From a virus (lineage: Duplodnaviria; Caudoviricetes), in IMG/VR virus record IMGVR_UViG_3300025635_000120, positions 1 to 29,625 of that record: a DNA stretch of 29,625 nt, one strand, 5' to 3'. This document shows positions 1-9,622 of this stretch, piece after piece. Numbering within the stretch: position 1 is the first letter of the stretch; each line of letters begins with the position of its first letter. The position numbers and the translations under genes were made by a program. The notes beneath the pieces were generated by a model. That model was given only the letters and a program-made list of their open reading frames with translations. It ran no database searches and was not told the DNA's origin.

Positions 1-306
1 TTCATTAGCCAACACATCCCAATCCCAATCACCGCCAGACACGTTGTCTTTGATAATGAACTCTTTTTGCTTATCCTCTGGCCAATCAACGACCGTCACA
101 GGTATCTCAGTCCAGCCGGCTTGCTGCATAGCTTTAAACCGCATATTGCCACCAAGTATTACATAATCTTTGTTGACCACGATCGGTCTGACCTCTGCCA
201 TTTCTGGGAAGTCTTTGAGGCTTTGGACTAATTTGCGAAAGTTCTCGTCCTTTATGTAGCGAGGGTTTTCAAGGTTGGGAACGATCTGTTCAGCTTTTAA
301 CTTCAT
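1..306 (-). CDS. ParB/Srx-like N-terminal domain protein (runs off window edge, 3' partial)
   Basis: Not in ORF track. Translated by hand from ATG 306: MKLKAEQIVPNLENPRYIKDENFRKLVQSLKDFPEMAEVRPIVVNKDYVILGGNMRFKAMQQAGWTEIPV... The NPR, PIVV and GGNMR motifs are typical of phage ParB-like proteins found next to terminase genes. Confidence 0.85.
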   Translation of the reverse strand, partial: MKLKAEQIVPNLENPRYIKDENFRKLVQSLKDFPEMAEVRPIVVNKDYVILGGNMRFKAMQQAGWTEIPVTVVDWPEDKQKEFIIKDNVSGGDWDWDVLANE

Positions 307-1147
307 TGATCAAATCCTTATACTCTTGTACGCTCTTACGACAGTCGTATTCAACCTTTACTATATCATAAATTGGGTCAATGTGCTTTTGCCTATCCTC
401 TGCCTGTATCAATTTGTCTATCTGTTCTGCAGTTTGGCAAACAGGTAAGCCACAGAGCTGGGCAATAACTGTCTTGTTCTCCGACTTCCATCTGTCCTCA
501 TGGCGGTAGCCTTTGGGCATAATGCAAATGTCAGCTTTCTGTATGTCGGTATAGAGCGTGTCCTGGTTGAACTTAATGTATTGGTACTTCTCCTGGTAGG
601 CTACCGAGTCGTTGGCATAGCGGTAAAGCATAGGGTCATCATTAGCGATGACAATTAGGCTAATGCCTCGTTTCTCAAGACTAGGTATAGCAGATTGCAA
701 AAGCTCCGCATTGTGGGCATAGCCAAACCATACTGCAGTTTTTAGCTCGCCATTGTGAACTTTTGGCTTCGGGAAATCCTCAATCACAAACCGGTCTTTA
801 ATAATCCGTACTGGCGTGTCCGTCATACCTTGTAGATAGTCACGCATTGATTCGGTCGGAACGACAGCAGCGTGAACGTTGTCTAGTGTCTCTTTGATAT
901 AGATGTCGGGGGTTTGCAGCCAGTCAGGGTCACAAGTATCAAGTATGCGAACACCTGGGTAATGGGCTGGGAGTTTGTAGTCGTAGGTGCAGTACACCTT
1001 TTGGAAGATCATTACATCAGCCTTTTCTCCGTATCTGTATAGACCAGATTCAGGCCAGAACTTATTGAGGTTATGAACCCTGATTCTTGTTGACCCAATA
1101 TCCTTTTTGTTGTGATACTGCTCAAATGTTTGCCATCGTACTACCAT
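290..1147 (-). CDS. Putative glycosyltransferase (GT-B/GT4-like)
   Basis: STRIR N-terminal motif, VWFG, ADICIMP and KSENK...LCGLPV C-terminal motifs. Located in the GT cluster. Confidence 0.65.
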   Translation of the reverse strand: MVVRWQTFEQYHNKKDIGSTRIRVHNLNKFWPESGLYRYGEKADVMIFQKVYCTYDYKLPAHYPGVRILDTCDPDWLQTPDIYIKETLDNVHAAVVPTESMRDYLQGMTDTPVRIIKDRFVIEDFPKPKVHNGELKTAVWFGYAHNAELLQSAIPSLEKRGISLIVIANDDPMLYRYANDSVAYQEKYQYIKFNQDTLYTDIQKADICIMPKGYRHEDRWKSENKTVIAQLCGLPVCQTAEQIDKLIQAEDRQKHIDPIYDIVKVEYDCRKSVQEYKDLINEVKS

Positions 1148-2220
1148 ATCTTGTCTACTCCATGCCAGACTGGTTTCTGGCCATTAGCCACCTTTTCTAT
1201 TATCTTGAACAGCTGCTTGTGATACCGTTCAACGTTGAATAGCTTTTGAGCTGTTTCTTTGCCCCGCCGCCCAATTGCTACCGTTTCTTGATAGTGTTTG
1301 TGGACTAGCTCATTGATAGTCTCAGCGTAGCTGTCGGGGTTGTCAGGCATAATAAAGCCATTTTTACCGCTTTGGATAAAGTCCTCTGCTCCGTGGTAGC
1401 GTGATGTCAGCACACAGCAACCAGACAACATAGCCTCTGTCCTCGCTCTTGGCATAGGACTGTCGAGTGTTGGGTTTATGTATATCAGGGAACGGCCGAG
1501 GAAGTCTCGGTAGTCATCCCAATCATGAGCTTTGTAATTTACCGTAATGTGCTGCACATCAATACCGGTACGCTCCTTAACCTTGAACTTTATGGCTGAG
1601 AGTAGTTGACGATTATAGTATTTGTCTAGCCCACCAGGGGAAATCATTACAGTCACACGAGGTTCTTTTGGTAGATCCCACCATTCGTCTGCAGTCATAC
1701 CGTGGATGATAGGATAGCCCCATCCCCATCGCTCCGCTGCCTCGTAGGAGTTCACAATCATGAAGTTATCACCAATCAGCTCTTTCATGCCCTTAACATG
1801 GACTTTTTCGCCCCGTGAGTTTATAGTATCGCCGCCGTTAATGACAGTCTCCTCATCATACATTTCTGCATACATGGGCGTACCATGATTGATCACTATC
1901 TTGGGTATGTCTTGGATGATCTCGTTCATCTGTTTATAGAGATAGCCCTTGCCAATATGCGGATTGACATGCTGCTGATCAACGTGCAACATCGCTATAT
2001 CATATTTGCCTGGCTCGTAATACTGTACATATTCAAATTCATCTTTGGTGTATATAGTCTCCGGAGCCGGACGAGGTGAAAACTTGTTCCATTTACGGAC
2101 GTTGTTCTCTAGCCAATAGAACTTAATAGGGTACTTTTTGGTGATCTTTAGCATATCGTACTGATTGCCCAAGTGGTTCAGTACCCCAAATACTTTGATC
2201 CTGTCTTTTTCTGGTGTCAT
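1141..2220 (-). CDS. Glycosyltransferase, GT-B fold (GT4-like)
   Basis: YINPT..SPMPRARTEAMLSGCCVLTS...IQSGKNGF motif. Start moved to ATG 2220, which overlaps the upstream stop (ATGA). Confidence 0.85.
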   Translation of the reverse strand: MTPEKDRIKVFGVLNHLGNQYDMLKITKKYPIKFYWLENNVRKWNKFSPRPAPETIYTKDEFEYVQYYEPGKYDIAMLHVDQQHVNPHIGKGYLYKQMNEIIQDIPKIVINHGTPMYAEMYDEETVINGGDTINSRGEKVHVKGMKELIGDNFMIVNSYEAAERWGWGYPIIHGMTADEWWDLPKEPRVTVMISPGGLDKYYNRQLLSAIKFKVKERTGIDVQHITVNYKAHDWDDYRDFLGRSLIYINPTLDSPMPRARTEAMLSGCCVLTSRYHGAEDFIQSGKNGFIMPDNPDSYAETINELVHKHYQETVAIGRRGKETAQKLFNVERYHKQLFKIIEKVANGQKPVWHGVDKIW

Positions 2221-3782
2221 CCCTCTAGCCCTGCCTTCCATAGCCAGTTTTTACTAGCCATTATTTCATATTTTTTACTTCTCTTGTTCGAGGACTTACC
2301 CTCTGGGGTGGCTTTTGCTGTTTCTGCATACTTTAGATCAAACCCTTGCCTCCTGGCTCGCAGCCGTGTCTCTTGGCTTAGTGCTCCGTACTGCTCGCAT
2401 CGTTCACTAAACATGCCAAAGGTAAAGAACTCATTGCGATTGATACAAGATATGTTCTCAATGAAATCCTTTTTTACGCCTTTGCTACCATATAGCCACT
2501 TCTTTGGCTCTAGGTTTTTCACAAACTCGTCGACACAATCCTTGTCCATAATCATACGCTGGTCACAGAACACTAATATGTCTGATGTAGCTTCGATGGC
2601 TGCGATGTTGCGGGCTTTGGCCAGGTTATATTTATCATCCCCCAGTCGTATGTAGCGGATAGGGATATTCGCTGTAAGGGCAATACTAGCAACTGTTTGG
2701 TGTTGAGGTTCTACCCCATCATCAACAACTAACAATTCGATGTTTGGGTATGTCTGGTTAAGTGCTGCGGTGAGGCATTTTGAGGTAACCTCTGGCTTAT
2801 TTGCTACTGGTATTACTATAGACACTGGTTCGCCTGGTGTCAGGCTACGATACAGCCGTTGATACATATACGCTCGGCGTTCAAAGTTACGGTCTTTTAT
2901 CTTTAGCCATGCCTCGTGCCTAACACGTTCAATACGCTTCTTATCTGCCAGCAATTCACTAATAAGCTCCTGTATGCGTATAACATCATCTGGGGCTTTG
3001 TCTTGAATCATTATGTTGTCGCCGTTCAAGATGTCGGGAACGTGACCAACTGGACGACTTATAACAGGAACGCCGCAGAATATAGCCTCAAGTACAGGCA
3101 TTGTGCCAGATTCAAACCCATCTACCGAGTTGCAAACTAATATACCTGCTTTGTAGTAGAGGGCTTTTAACTCATCATCAGTCACTTCTTGGGCAAACTC
3201 GACTGCTTGTGTAGCCATAACCTCTTGCCAGTAAGCCATATCTGATATAGCTCCGACTAGGTACATTTTAATACCGAGTGCCTTACATGCCAGAGCTACC
3301 GGCAATATGCCCTTCTTGCTCTCTATCCTGTTGGCTACCATGATAACTGAACGGTTGTACTCGTAGCTATCATTGAACGTCCACTGGTGGGGGTCTACAA
3401 CAATGGGGATTTTCTCCACTCGTGTTGTCGTGATTTGTTTGAGGTTGCCGTATATCTCGTTGTTGTTACCCACGTTGATCTGATAGTCGTTCCAATCGCT
3501 CTCTTTGATTGAGTAGGGATTGTTATGCGTGAGGATACTCGGGATGTCTTTTAACCACTCATAGTTTTTGCGTAACATCTCTGCCGTTCTAAAGTACTGG
3601 TAATCTATAACATCAGATGTCTGTGCAAGACTCAAGAACTCCTGTAGTTGCTCTGGTGACGGTCGCTTTGGGTGTACAGCCACAACATGATAGTCAATGT
3701 TTTGGTGATAAGGTTTTACACCTTGAGCCAAACGATCTAATGCTGTTCTCTCTTTGTCTACAACACACACTACCCTAAACAT
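2217..3782 (-). CDS. Bifunctional glycosyltransferase (N-terminal GT4-like + C-terminal GT2-like)
   Basis: E-x7-E motif (ESGTMPVLE) followed by AIFCGVPVISRPVG. Second domain has SIVIPV, LLVVDDG and ARNIAAIEATSDILVFCD. Confidence 0.9.
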   Translation of the reverse strand: MFRVVCVVDKERTALDRLAQGVKPYHQNIDYHVVAVHPKRPSPEQLQEFLSLAQTSDVIDYQYFRTAEMLRKNYEWLKDIPSILTHNNPYSIKESDWNDYQINVGNNNEIYGNLKQITTTRVEKIPIVVDPHQWTFNDSYEYNRSVIMVANRIESKKGILPVALACKALGIKMYLVGAISDMAYWQEVMATQAVEFAQEVTDDELKALYYKAGILVCNSVDGFESGTMPVLEAIFCGVPVISRPVGHVPDILNGDNIMIQDKAPDDVIRIQELISELLADKKRIERVRHEAWLKIKDRNFERRAYMYQRLYRSLTPGEPVSIVIPVANKPEVTSKCLTAALNQTYPNIELLVVDDGVEPQHQTVASIALTANIPIRYIRLGDDKYNLAKARNIAAIEATSDILVFCDQRMIMDKDCVDEFVKNLEPKKWLYGSKGVKKDFIENISCINRNEFFTFGMFSERCEQYGALSQETRLRARRQGFDLKYAETAKATPEGKSSNKRSKKYEIMASKNWLWKAGLEG

Positions 3783-4584
3783 ATTTGATCTCCTTCAAAT
3801 GCCCCAGCCCTGAGTACCCCCACTGGCTACGCTTTAAGTTTTGTATAGTTTTCTGCACATATTTCGGGTGGTCACTTAACGCTATCTGCTTTTGTGGCTT
3901 CTTGAACCGTCCTAGTGACATATTCAACCATTCAAAGTAGGCACTATCCTCTGTACCAAGTTTCGGTTCCTTGAAATGTTTGTGCCACGCACGAGCCATG
4001 CGGGTTACATCGTCTCTGATCTGTGCCTCGGTTTTGAGCAACTTCTCGTAATTATAGATAGGTATACGAGCCTCTGGCACATCAGAAGGGTCTATGTATT
4101 TGCCGTCTAATGAGGGTTGACATAGATCGCCACCAGAGTCAAAGCGTATACGATCTCCGTATACCTTCTTGTTTACTGCTATGACGAGTCTTGACTTGAG
4201 GTTATACCTATCGGGCAACGTAAACTGCCACTTGTAAAAACTCAGAGCCGGTGCGTCTGGGTTGTTCTCCATTGCCTGACGTATAGCAGTAAAGTCACCT
4301 TGATGGAATATGAAATCAACATCTGCATGGATGACCCAATCACCTGTAGCAGCCTCGTACCCACGTTGAAACTGCTGGCCAATGAACGGCCAATCAAAGT
4401 TTTGTGGCCATTTGTGGTGTACGATAGTCTCTTTGCCATCCCAATCGGACTCAGACATTGCTGTTCGGCTACCGTCTACAATTACCAACTCATCAGCTAA
4501 CTCTCGGTAACAGTCAAACGCATCTCGCCAGTTATCGCCTCGTTCCTCTGCATTGGTGACAGTGGTGAATATGGATAGCTTCAT
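3775..4584 (-). CDS. Glycosyltransferase family 2 (GT-A)
   Basis: LSIFT, ADELVIVDGS and ATGDWVIHADVD (DxD) motifs. Confidence 0.85.
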   Translation of the reverse strand: MKLSIFTTVTNAEERGDNWRDAFDCYRELADELVIVDGSRTAMSESDWDGKETIVHHKWPQNFDWPFIGQQFQRGYEAATGDWVIHADVDFIFHQGDFTAIRQAMENNPDAPALSFYKWQFTLPDRYNLKSRLVIAVNKKVYGDRIRFDSGGDLCQPSLDGKYIDPSDVPEARIPIYNYEKLLKTEAQIRDDVTRMARAWHKHFKEPKLGTEDSAYFEWLNMSLGRFKKPQKQIALSDHPKYVQKTIQNLKRSQWGYSGLGHLKEIKYV

Positions 4585-5123
4585 AGCTCGTTCAACCTCT
4601 CTGCTAATTCAAAGTCGTAGTTGTCTAGTTGTTTGCGTCTTGTCTTAACCAGTTTGACTGCTTCTAGGTCACTTTTGTATGCGTGTAGACCAACTATCCA
4701 GTTCGATGTCTCACATTTTCGAGGGTTGTGGAACTCATCTAGCCGAAACATCTGGCTCTCTGGTCTCTCGGCTTCCATAAATGTATCTATATTCTTGCGG
4801 AGTATTGGTAGTGCAGCCTTGCGAATAAATTGCACACCGCCATGACAAACGGCTTGCTGCAACCAATCCCACGTCTTAAACTGCGTCCATACCTTGTCGC
4901 CCTGGTGATAGACTACACTCTTACTATTTAAGGTCTTGTTGAGCACCACATCAGCGTCCACTCGTATAAAATCATCATCTGCTTGTTCATATATCTGTTT
5001 GAGCTTTTGTGCCAGAGTGGTGTTAGCATCTTGTATCAATACAGCTTCAAAGCCATTTCGCTCAACACTGTAGACACATAGGTCTGTTGTTGGCTCGCCT
5101 ACGCTAGTAATATACGCCTTCAT
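4581..5123 (-). CDS. Short GT-A/GT2-like protein
   Basis: FIRVDADVV DxD motif and cluster context. ATG 5123 overlaps the upstream stop. Confidence 0.6.
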   Translation of the reverse strand: MKAYITSVGEPTTDLCVYSVERNGFEAVLIQDANTTLAQKLKQIYEQADDDFIRVDADVVLNKTLNSKSVVYHQGDKVWTQFKTWDWLQQAVCHGGVQFIRKAALPILRKNIDTFMEAERPESQMFRLDEFHNPRKCETSNWIVGLHAYKSDLEAVKLVKTRRKQLDNYDFELAERLNEL

Positions 5124-5680
5124 TTTTTGAACTTCACAATCCAACCACTAAAATTGTGGTCTTGATGTTTAGCTGCTCTCAAACGTTCCGCTCGGATAGT
5201 TCTGTCCCATGCATCTGTCTCAAAGCGGCGGGGTATCATCTCCTCAATGGTCAGGCCAACAGATTGTGCTAGTTTCCTAATACCTCCAGGCATATAGCGA
5301 AGTGCGTCGTCCTCGACTGGTTGGTGTAAGGGATAGATACTAGGGAACGTCACCCATGCTACCCCACCGGTTATTAGTTGGTTTGCAATAGTAATAAACG
5401 CTTGCATGGGGTTATATACATAATCAAAGACCTCAAGACAAAAGACCAGATCATAACTGCCAAAGGGTTCGTAGACCAGGTTTAAGTCCATTTCTATGTC
5501 TGGCTTGGGGCTATCCTCGTGGGGTTCAGGTAGATCACTGATCGTGTACTGTTCAACGTCCCAGCTCCGAACACGCTTTGGCATCGTTACCTGGCTACCG
5601 CCAATATCTAGTACCTTCTCGGCCTTGACATCGAGACGTGACAACCAATCATTAAGCGACTGCCGGTAACTACTACTCAC
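5120..5680 (-). CDS. Class I SAM-dependent methyltransferase
   Basis: VLDIGG, YDLVFCLEVFDYV, L..GG and P.H..D.LRY motifs, of the type seen in sugar-cluster methyltransferases. GTG 5680 overlaps the upstream TGA; the track start is 5707. Confidence 0.85.
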   Translation of the reverse strand: MSSSYRQSLNDWLSRLDVKAEKVLDIGGSQVTMPKRVRSWDVEQYTISDLPEPHEDSPKPDIEMDLNLVYEPFGSYDLVFCLEVFDYVYNPMQAFITIANQLITGGVAWVTFPSIYPLHQPVEDDALRYMPGGIRKLAQSVGLTIEEMIPRRFETDAWDRTIRAERLRAAKHQDHNFSGWIVKFKK

Positions 5681-6720
5681 GACCACTCCTCGTGTCTCAT
5701 TGTCCACTCTAGAGTATTTTTTAGGCTCTCCTCAAATGGTACAGGCGGTTTCCAGCCCATATCGTCTAGCTTCTTGCCATCTAACCCATAGCGTCTATCA
5801 TGGCCTGGGCGAGCTGCGTGGAAGTCTACAAACTCATACTTAAGTTCTTTGTTCATTAGCTTGGCAATCAGTTGGGCTAGCTCTAAGTTCGTTAGCTCCT
5901 TCTCGCCCACTAGGTTGTATCTATCGGGCTGGTCGATATGGCCGTCCTGATGCAGGTAGGGTTTAGTATTCTTGAGGATAAATAATAGAGCGTCTGCGGT
6001 GTTGCGTGAGTGCATATAGAATCGTGAGCCGACCTTCTCTGGTGTGCCGTGGATAGTCACCGTCTCGCCCTTGAGTAATTTGCGTTGAATCATAGCAGGA
6101 AACTTGCTGGGTGCTTGTGTCTCGCCAAAGTTGTTCATAGTGTTTGTGATGATAAGCGGCACACCATATGTACGCCAATAGCTTATTGCATATGCCTCTT
6201 GGGCTGCTTTGCTGGCACTGTATGGGTTTGATGGCAGGATAGTTGACCACTCCTCATGTGAGTAGCCCTCGGGAGCAGCTCCATACACCTCATCGGTAGA
6301 GAACTGGATAAACACCTCTGGTTTTGTCTCTCTGGCATACTCGAGCATGGTGAGCATCAGGTCAGAGTTAGTCTTGATTGTATAGACTGGGTTAGTGATT
6401 GCTAGATCAACATCAGATATAGATGCGAGATTTATCACATAATCAATGTGACCTATATCACTCTTTTGCTTTTCGCCGATATTAGATACCAGATCGTGCT
6501 GAATAATTGTAAGCCGTGGCAGCCAATCGGGGTGGTTACGGCAAAAGGTTGTGATGCGGTCTTTGTAGCCCTTGTGTCGGAACGAGTCCAAACCAACAAT
6601 TTCCCAGTCTGTGTTATGCATAAAATGAGCCATAATGTGTACACCGATTGCCCCGCCTATACCGGTGATGAGTACTCGTTTTACCTTCTTGGGTTGTTCA
6701 TCCCACATATCATCGCTCAT
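5677..6720 (-). CDS. NDP-sugar 4,6-dehydratase (RmlB/dTDP-glucose 4,6-dehydratase-like extended SDR)
   Basis: ITGIGGAIG NAD-binding motif, STDEVYG, PSNPYSASK (YxxxK) and RPGHDRRY. Confidence 0.92.
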   Translation of the reverse strand: MSDDMWDEQPKKVKRVLITGIGGAIGVHIMAHFMHNTDWEIVGLDSFRHKGYKDRITTFCRNHPDWLPRLTIIQHDLVSNIGEKQKSDIGHIDYVINLASISDVDLAITNPVYTIKTNSDLMLTMLEYARETKPEVFIQFSTDEVYGAAPEGYSHEEWSTILPSNPYSASKAAQEAYAISYWRTYGVPLIITNTMNNFGETQAPSKFPAMIQRKLLKGETVTIHGTPEKVGSRFYMHSRNTADALLFILKNTKPYLHQDGHIDQPDRYNLVGEKELTNLELAQLIAKLMNKELKYEFVDFHAARPGHDRRYGLDGKKLDDMGWKPPVPFEESLKNTLEWTMRHEEWS

Positions 6721-7148
6721 AGTAACGCCTCCTTAATTTTAGTCCTATACGCCCTGGATGCTTGTATCCTACACGCTCTACATCCTCTCTGAAGTTTGTC
6801 TCTTCTGAGATACAGGTTATCCCCTCGGTATTTGTGTCCCTGTGGACATTTGGTCTTTTCCAGGTTTTTTTGGGCTAGTTTGGCTCCTGCTGTGCCTCTT
6901 TTGGCATTTTCTTGGGGCGTAACTGCTTCTAGATGATTGGGGTTGCAGCACGATCTGTTTCTACATAAATGATCTATTTGTAGACCCTTTGGTATCGAGC
7001 CAATATACATTTTATAACTAACTCTATGTGAATATTCCAACTTTTTGTTTATGTGAAACAGCCCGTAACCGCCTGGTGTTCTAGCTGCAATCCATTCCCA
7101 GCACCCATAGACATTAACCCTATATTTTGTGTTAAATCTATCTAACAT
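6717..7148 (-). CDS. HNH homing endonuclease
   Basis: CWEW..GYG..HRVSY..IDHLCRNRSCCNPNHLEAVT..EN motif, plus a C-terminal KTKCPQGH...CRAC Zn-binding tail. Start placed at MLDRF. Confidence 0.9.
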   Translation of the reverse strand: MLDRFNTKYRVNVYGCWEWIAARTPGGYGLFHINKKLEYSHRVSYKMYIGSIPKGLQIDHLCRNRSCCNPNHLEAVTPQENAKRGTAGAKLAQKNLEKTKCPQGHKYRGDNLYLRRDKLQRGCRACRIQASRAYRTKIKEALL

Positions 7149-7939
7149 AGTGCCTCTCGATACTGATCGCACATTCGCTCTAAACTTAAATCCTCTAGCT
7201 CCATGATCTCTGGTGCTCCACCTGTCTGCAAGCGTCCGTGTACATCTATAATCTCCATGCCACTGGCTCTAGCTTCAAGCAAGGTGTTGCTACATGCATC
7301 GTTGAGATAGGTATACAGAAAATACTTGTTTCGTTTCATGCTATCGACGAGTGAGGGTTGCTCACCCATGAACCTAAAGTTCTCGCCATTGTAGAAGTCA
7401 AAATTGTACTCGATATTCTCGCCCGAGAACTTGCCAACTATCTCTAGTGTGCCGATGTGGTTAACAAACCAGTACCATGCATCAATCCAGCCTTTGCCCT
7501 CGTCTCGTGAGCTACGAGCGTAGAGGTAGGAACTTTCTGGGGCGTGTCGGTTTTGGTCGTTATATACAGAGGTATCTATGCCATTTAAGATCACTACTCC
7601 GTCTTTTTTGGTAAATGGTAGTAGGAACTTTCTAGCCCACTGGCTTTGGTAGATGATAGTATCGGCCATGTCAGCAAAGTCTTTGAGGCGTGTCATACCC
7701 GTGTTACGATTATTGGAATTGCGGATTGCGTTGTCTACCCTAAGAACTATCTTTTTACCGTCTGCCTGTGCCTGTTGGACTTCGGCTCTCTGCACCATAC
7801 TGGCAGATGTAATGAAGTAATGTGTTGCTTCGGCATAGTCTTGGGTAATAAGATCGCCTATGCCTTTCACGAAGTTTCTGGCAAATGTCCAGCCACCACC
7901 TTTACGTTCAGGCTCATAATTAGCGAGATAGATTTTCAC
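7142..7939 (-). CDS. Glycosyltransferase, GT4-like
   Basis: GGGWTF, ADTIIYQSQW, VILNGID and DACSNTLLEARASG motifs. Confidence 0.85.
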   Translation of the reverse strand: MKIYLANYEPERKGGGWTFARNFVKGIGDLITQDYAEATHYFITSASMVQRAEVQQAQADGKKIVLRVDNAIRNSNNRNTGMTRLKDFADMADTIIYQSQWARKFLLPFTKKDGVVILNGIDTSVYNDQNRHAPESSYLYARSSRDEGKGWIDAWYWFVNHIGTLEIVGKFSGENIEYNFDFYNGENFRFMGEQPSLVDSMKRNKYFLYTYLNDACSNTLLEARASGMEIIDVHGRLQTGGAPEIMELEDLSLERMCDQYREALC

Positions 7940-8486
7940 TCAAAAACTCCTCGAACTCATCCCAAAGTTCATATTTGTTTAACTCCCAGGAGTGCATCCA
8001 CAGTTCGACATCCTCTACTGTATCTTTGATAGATTTGTAATATTCACGCCAGGGTATATTGTTGTTTGCTCCACTGTTTGGGTGAACATGGACTAAACCA
8101 CGACCTCGTGTTAGGCGTTGGCTATCATATATCTGGTGTGTGAAGGTGGATAGACTTGGTGTGGTATAGCCTCGTGGTGGGCAGAACTTTGTAACCTTTG
8201 TGTTAAACAACGCTTCGAGTTGGAATTTTGATTCCATGATCTCACGCTCTGCTACATCATCATGCAAGTTAGTTAGGTGTCTATGTGTGACTGTATGGGA
8301 GCCTATCTCAAAGCGATTAGCAATATAACACGCCTCATCGTAGGTCAACGGGTTATAGCCTGAGTCATACGCTAGAGACTGCCATTCAACTGGCCAGTAG
8401 AACGTACACTCAAGCTCGTACTTCTCGGCAATAGCAGCGACACGAACATCGCTTGCACACCCATCGTCGCAACTAAGCCTTATCAT
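7920..8486 (-). CDS. Polysaccharide deacetylase (NodB/CE4 fold)
   Basis: LSCDDG, EIGSHTVTH, FCPPRG and LWMHSWE motifs. Confidence 0.9.
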   Translation of the reverse strand: MIRLSCDDGCASDVRVAAIAEKYELECTFYWPVEWQSLAYDSGYNPLTYDEACYIANRFEIGSHTVTHRHLTNLHDDVAEREIMESKFQLEALFNTKVTKFCPPRGYTTPSLSTFTHQIYDSQRLTRGRGLVHVHPNSGANNNIPWREYYKSIKDTVEDVELWMHSWELNKYELWDEFEEFLSENLSR

Positions 8487-9294
8487 TGAGTTTTCTGTGC
8501 CCTTTGTTTAGATTTATGACGGTTTTAAACAGTTTAGCCATATCATCTGCACCCACCAACTTTGCATAGGCCGCAAGTGCCGGAACGTCTTTATCCCAAC
8601 ATTTACTAGCCCAGCCTCTATTGTGCCGTACAGCTCTGAGATGCATAGAATCAGTCCTGGGGTCTGACTGCCACGCTTGGTGTATGTTTATGAAGCTGGT
8701 ATCTGATTTCTGTGCGAGGCTTAATAGGGTATTGATAAACGTAACCTTAAGTGCACCATAGCTATTCTCGACCAGCTTTGTGATCTCGGCTTCAAGAGCG
8801 GTAACAACATGTATATCTACATCCGGCGACATCCTAGACCATAGAACCTCGGCGGCTTCATCGGCAACTTCTTTTTCACCGCCCACTACTAGCATGGAGT
8901 GTAAGCGTGGATCTGACTGGTCTGGGTACTTCCAGAAGTGTACTGGATAGTTACCCTCTCCAACATACTCGACTGATACGGCGATACGTTTCTTGTATTT
9001 TTTGACAAGCATATCTGTTGTGCCTGGCATCAACGCTGACTTGATAATTATAAGCGGACAGTCTATCCAGCTAACTACATCCTCGACGATAGAAATATCA
9101 AGGCTACCGTCTTTGTTATGAGGAGTGAACACAGCCACGATTGCAACATCACACTTATTAACTGCTGCTTTGCCCTTCTCTTCGTTCTCTTCATCGGCAA
9201 ACAGGAATTTTGGCGGGTCGTAGACTAATGCCTCTGGGAACATTTTGCTATACGACTGACCGACCTTACCAAACCCTACTATTGCTACCTTCAT
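8473..9294 (-). CDS. UDP-glucose/GDP-mannose dehydrogenase family protein (short, lacks C-terminal domain)
   Basis: VGFGKVG, AVFTP, IIKS..PGTT, EAEITKLVEN and GWASKCWDKD (variant of the catalytic GGxCxxKD). Confidence 0.85.
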   Translation of the reverse strand: MKVAIVGFGKVGQSYSKMFPEALVYDPPKFLFADEENEEKGKAAVNKCDVAIVAVFTPHNKDGSLDISIVEDVVSWIDCPLIIIKSALMPGTTDMLVKKYKKRIAVSVEYVGEGNYPVHFWKYPDQSDPRLHSMLVVGGEKEVADEAAEVLWSRMSPDVDIHVVTALEAEITKLVENSYGALKVTFINTLLSLAQKSDTSFINIHQAWQSDPRTDSMHLRAVRHNRGWASKCWDKDVPALAAYAKLVGADDMAKLFKTVINLNKGHRKLNDKA

Positions 9295-9593
9295 ACTGCC
9301 TCCATTGTAAATTGCTTATTATCTGGTGTGAGTAACTGACTTTTGATTTTATCCATCTGACCACCCGTTGCATGAATGACTAGCTCATCTATCCTCCCCG
9401 CTTCCTTTGCTGCTAAACGATTGTCATTGCCACACCTACATTCAAAACCCCATGTACCATCTGGGCGTAGCCTAGCAGCCAATATGTTTGTCTGTAGTTC
9501 CCTCTCCTGTGCTGTTACATAACGTTCGTCTAGGATAGTAAGCACATCAGATTCTTTGCATTTGAGACAAGTTACTTTGTATTTCTTTGTCAT
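9291..9593 (-). CDS. Small Zn-finger protein, first gene of the glycan/late operon
   Basis: CLKC...CRC cysteine pairs. Preceded by AAGGGCAGCC-ATG and a promoter. Confidence 0.7.
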   Translation of the reverse strand: MTKKYKVTCLKCKESDVLTILDERYVTAQERELQTNILAARLRPDGTWGFECRCGNDNRLAAKEAGRIDELVIHATGGQMDKIKSQLLTPDNKQFTMEAV

Positions 9594-9622
9594 GGCTGCC
9601 CTTATTTAAGTGTCGTACTAGT

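Noticed and set aside
290-9294. GtrABC-type serotype conversion cassette
   Set aside because: No flippase, bactoprenol-linked GT with TM helices, or polytopic transferase.
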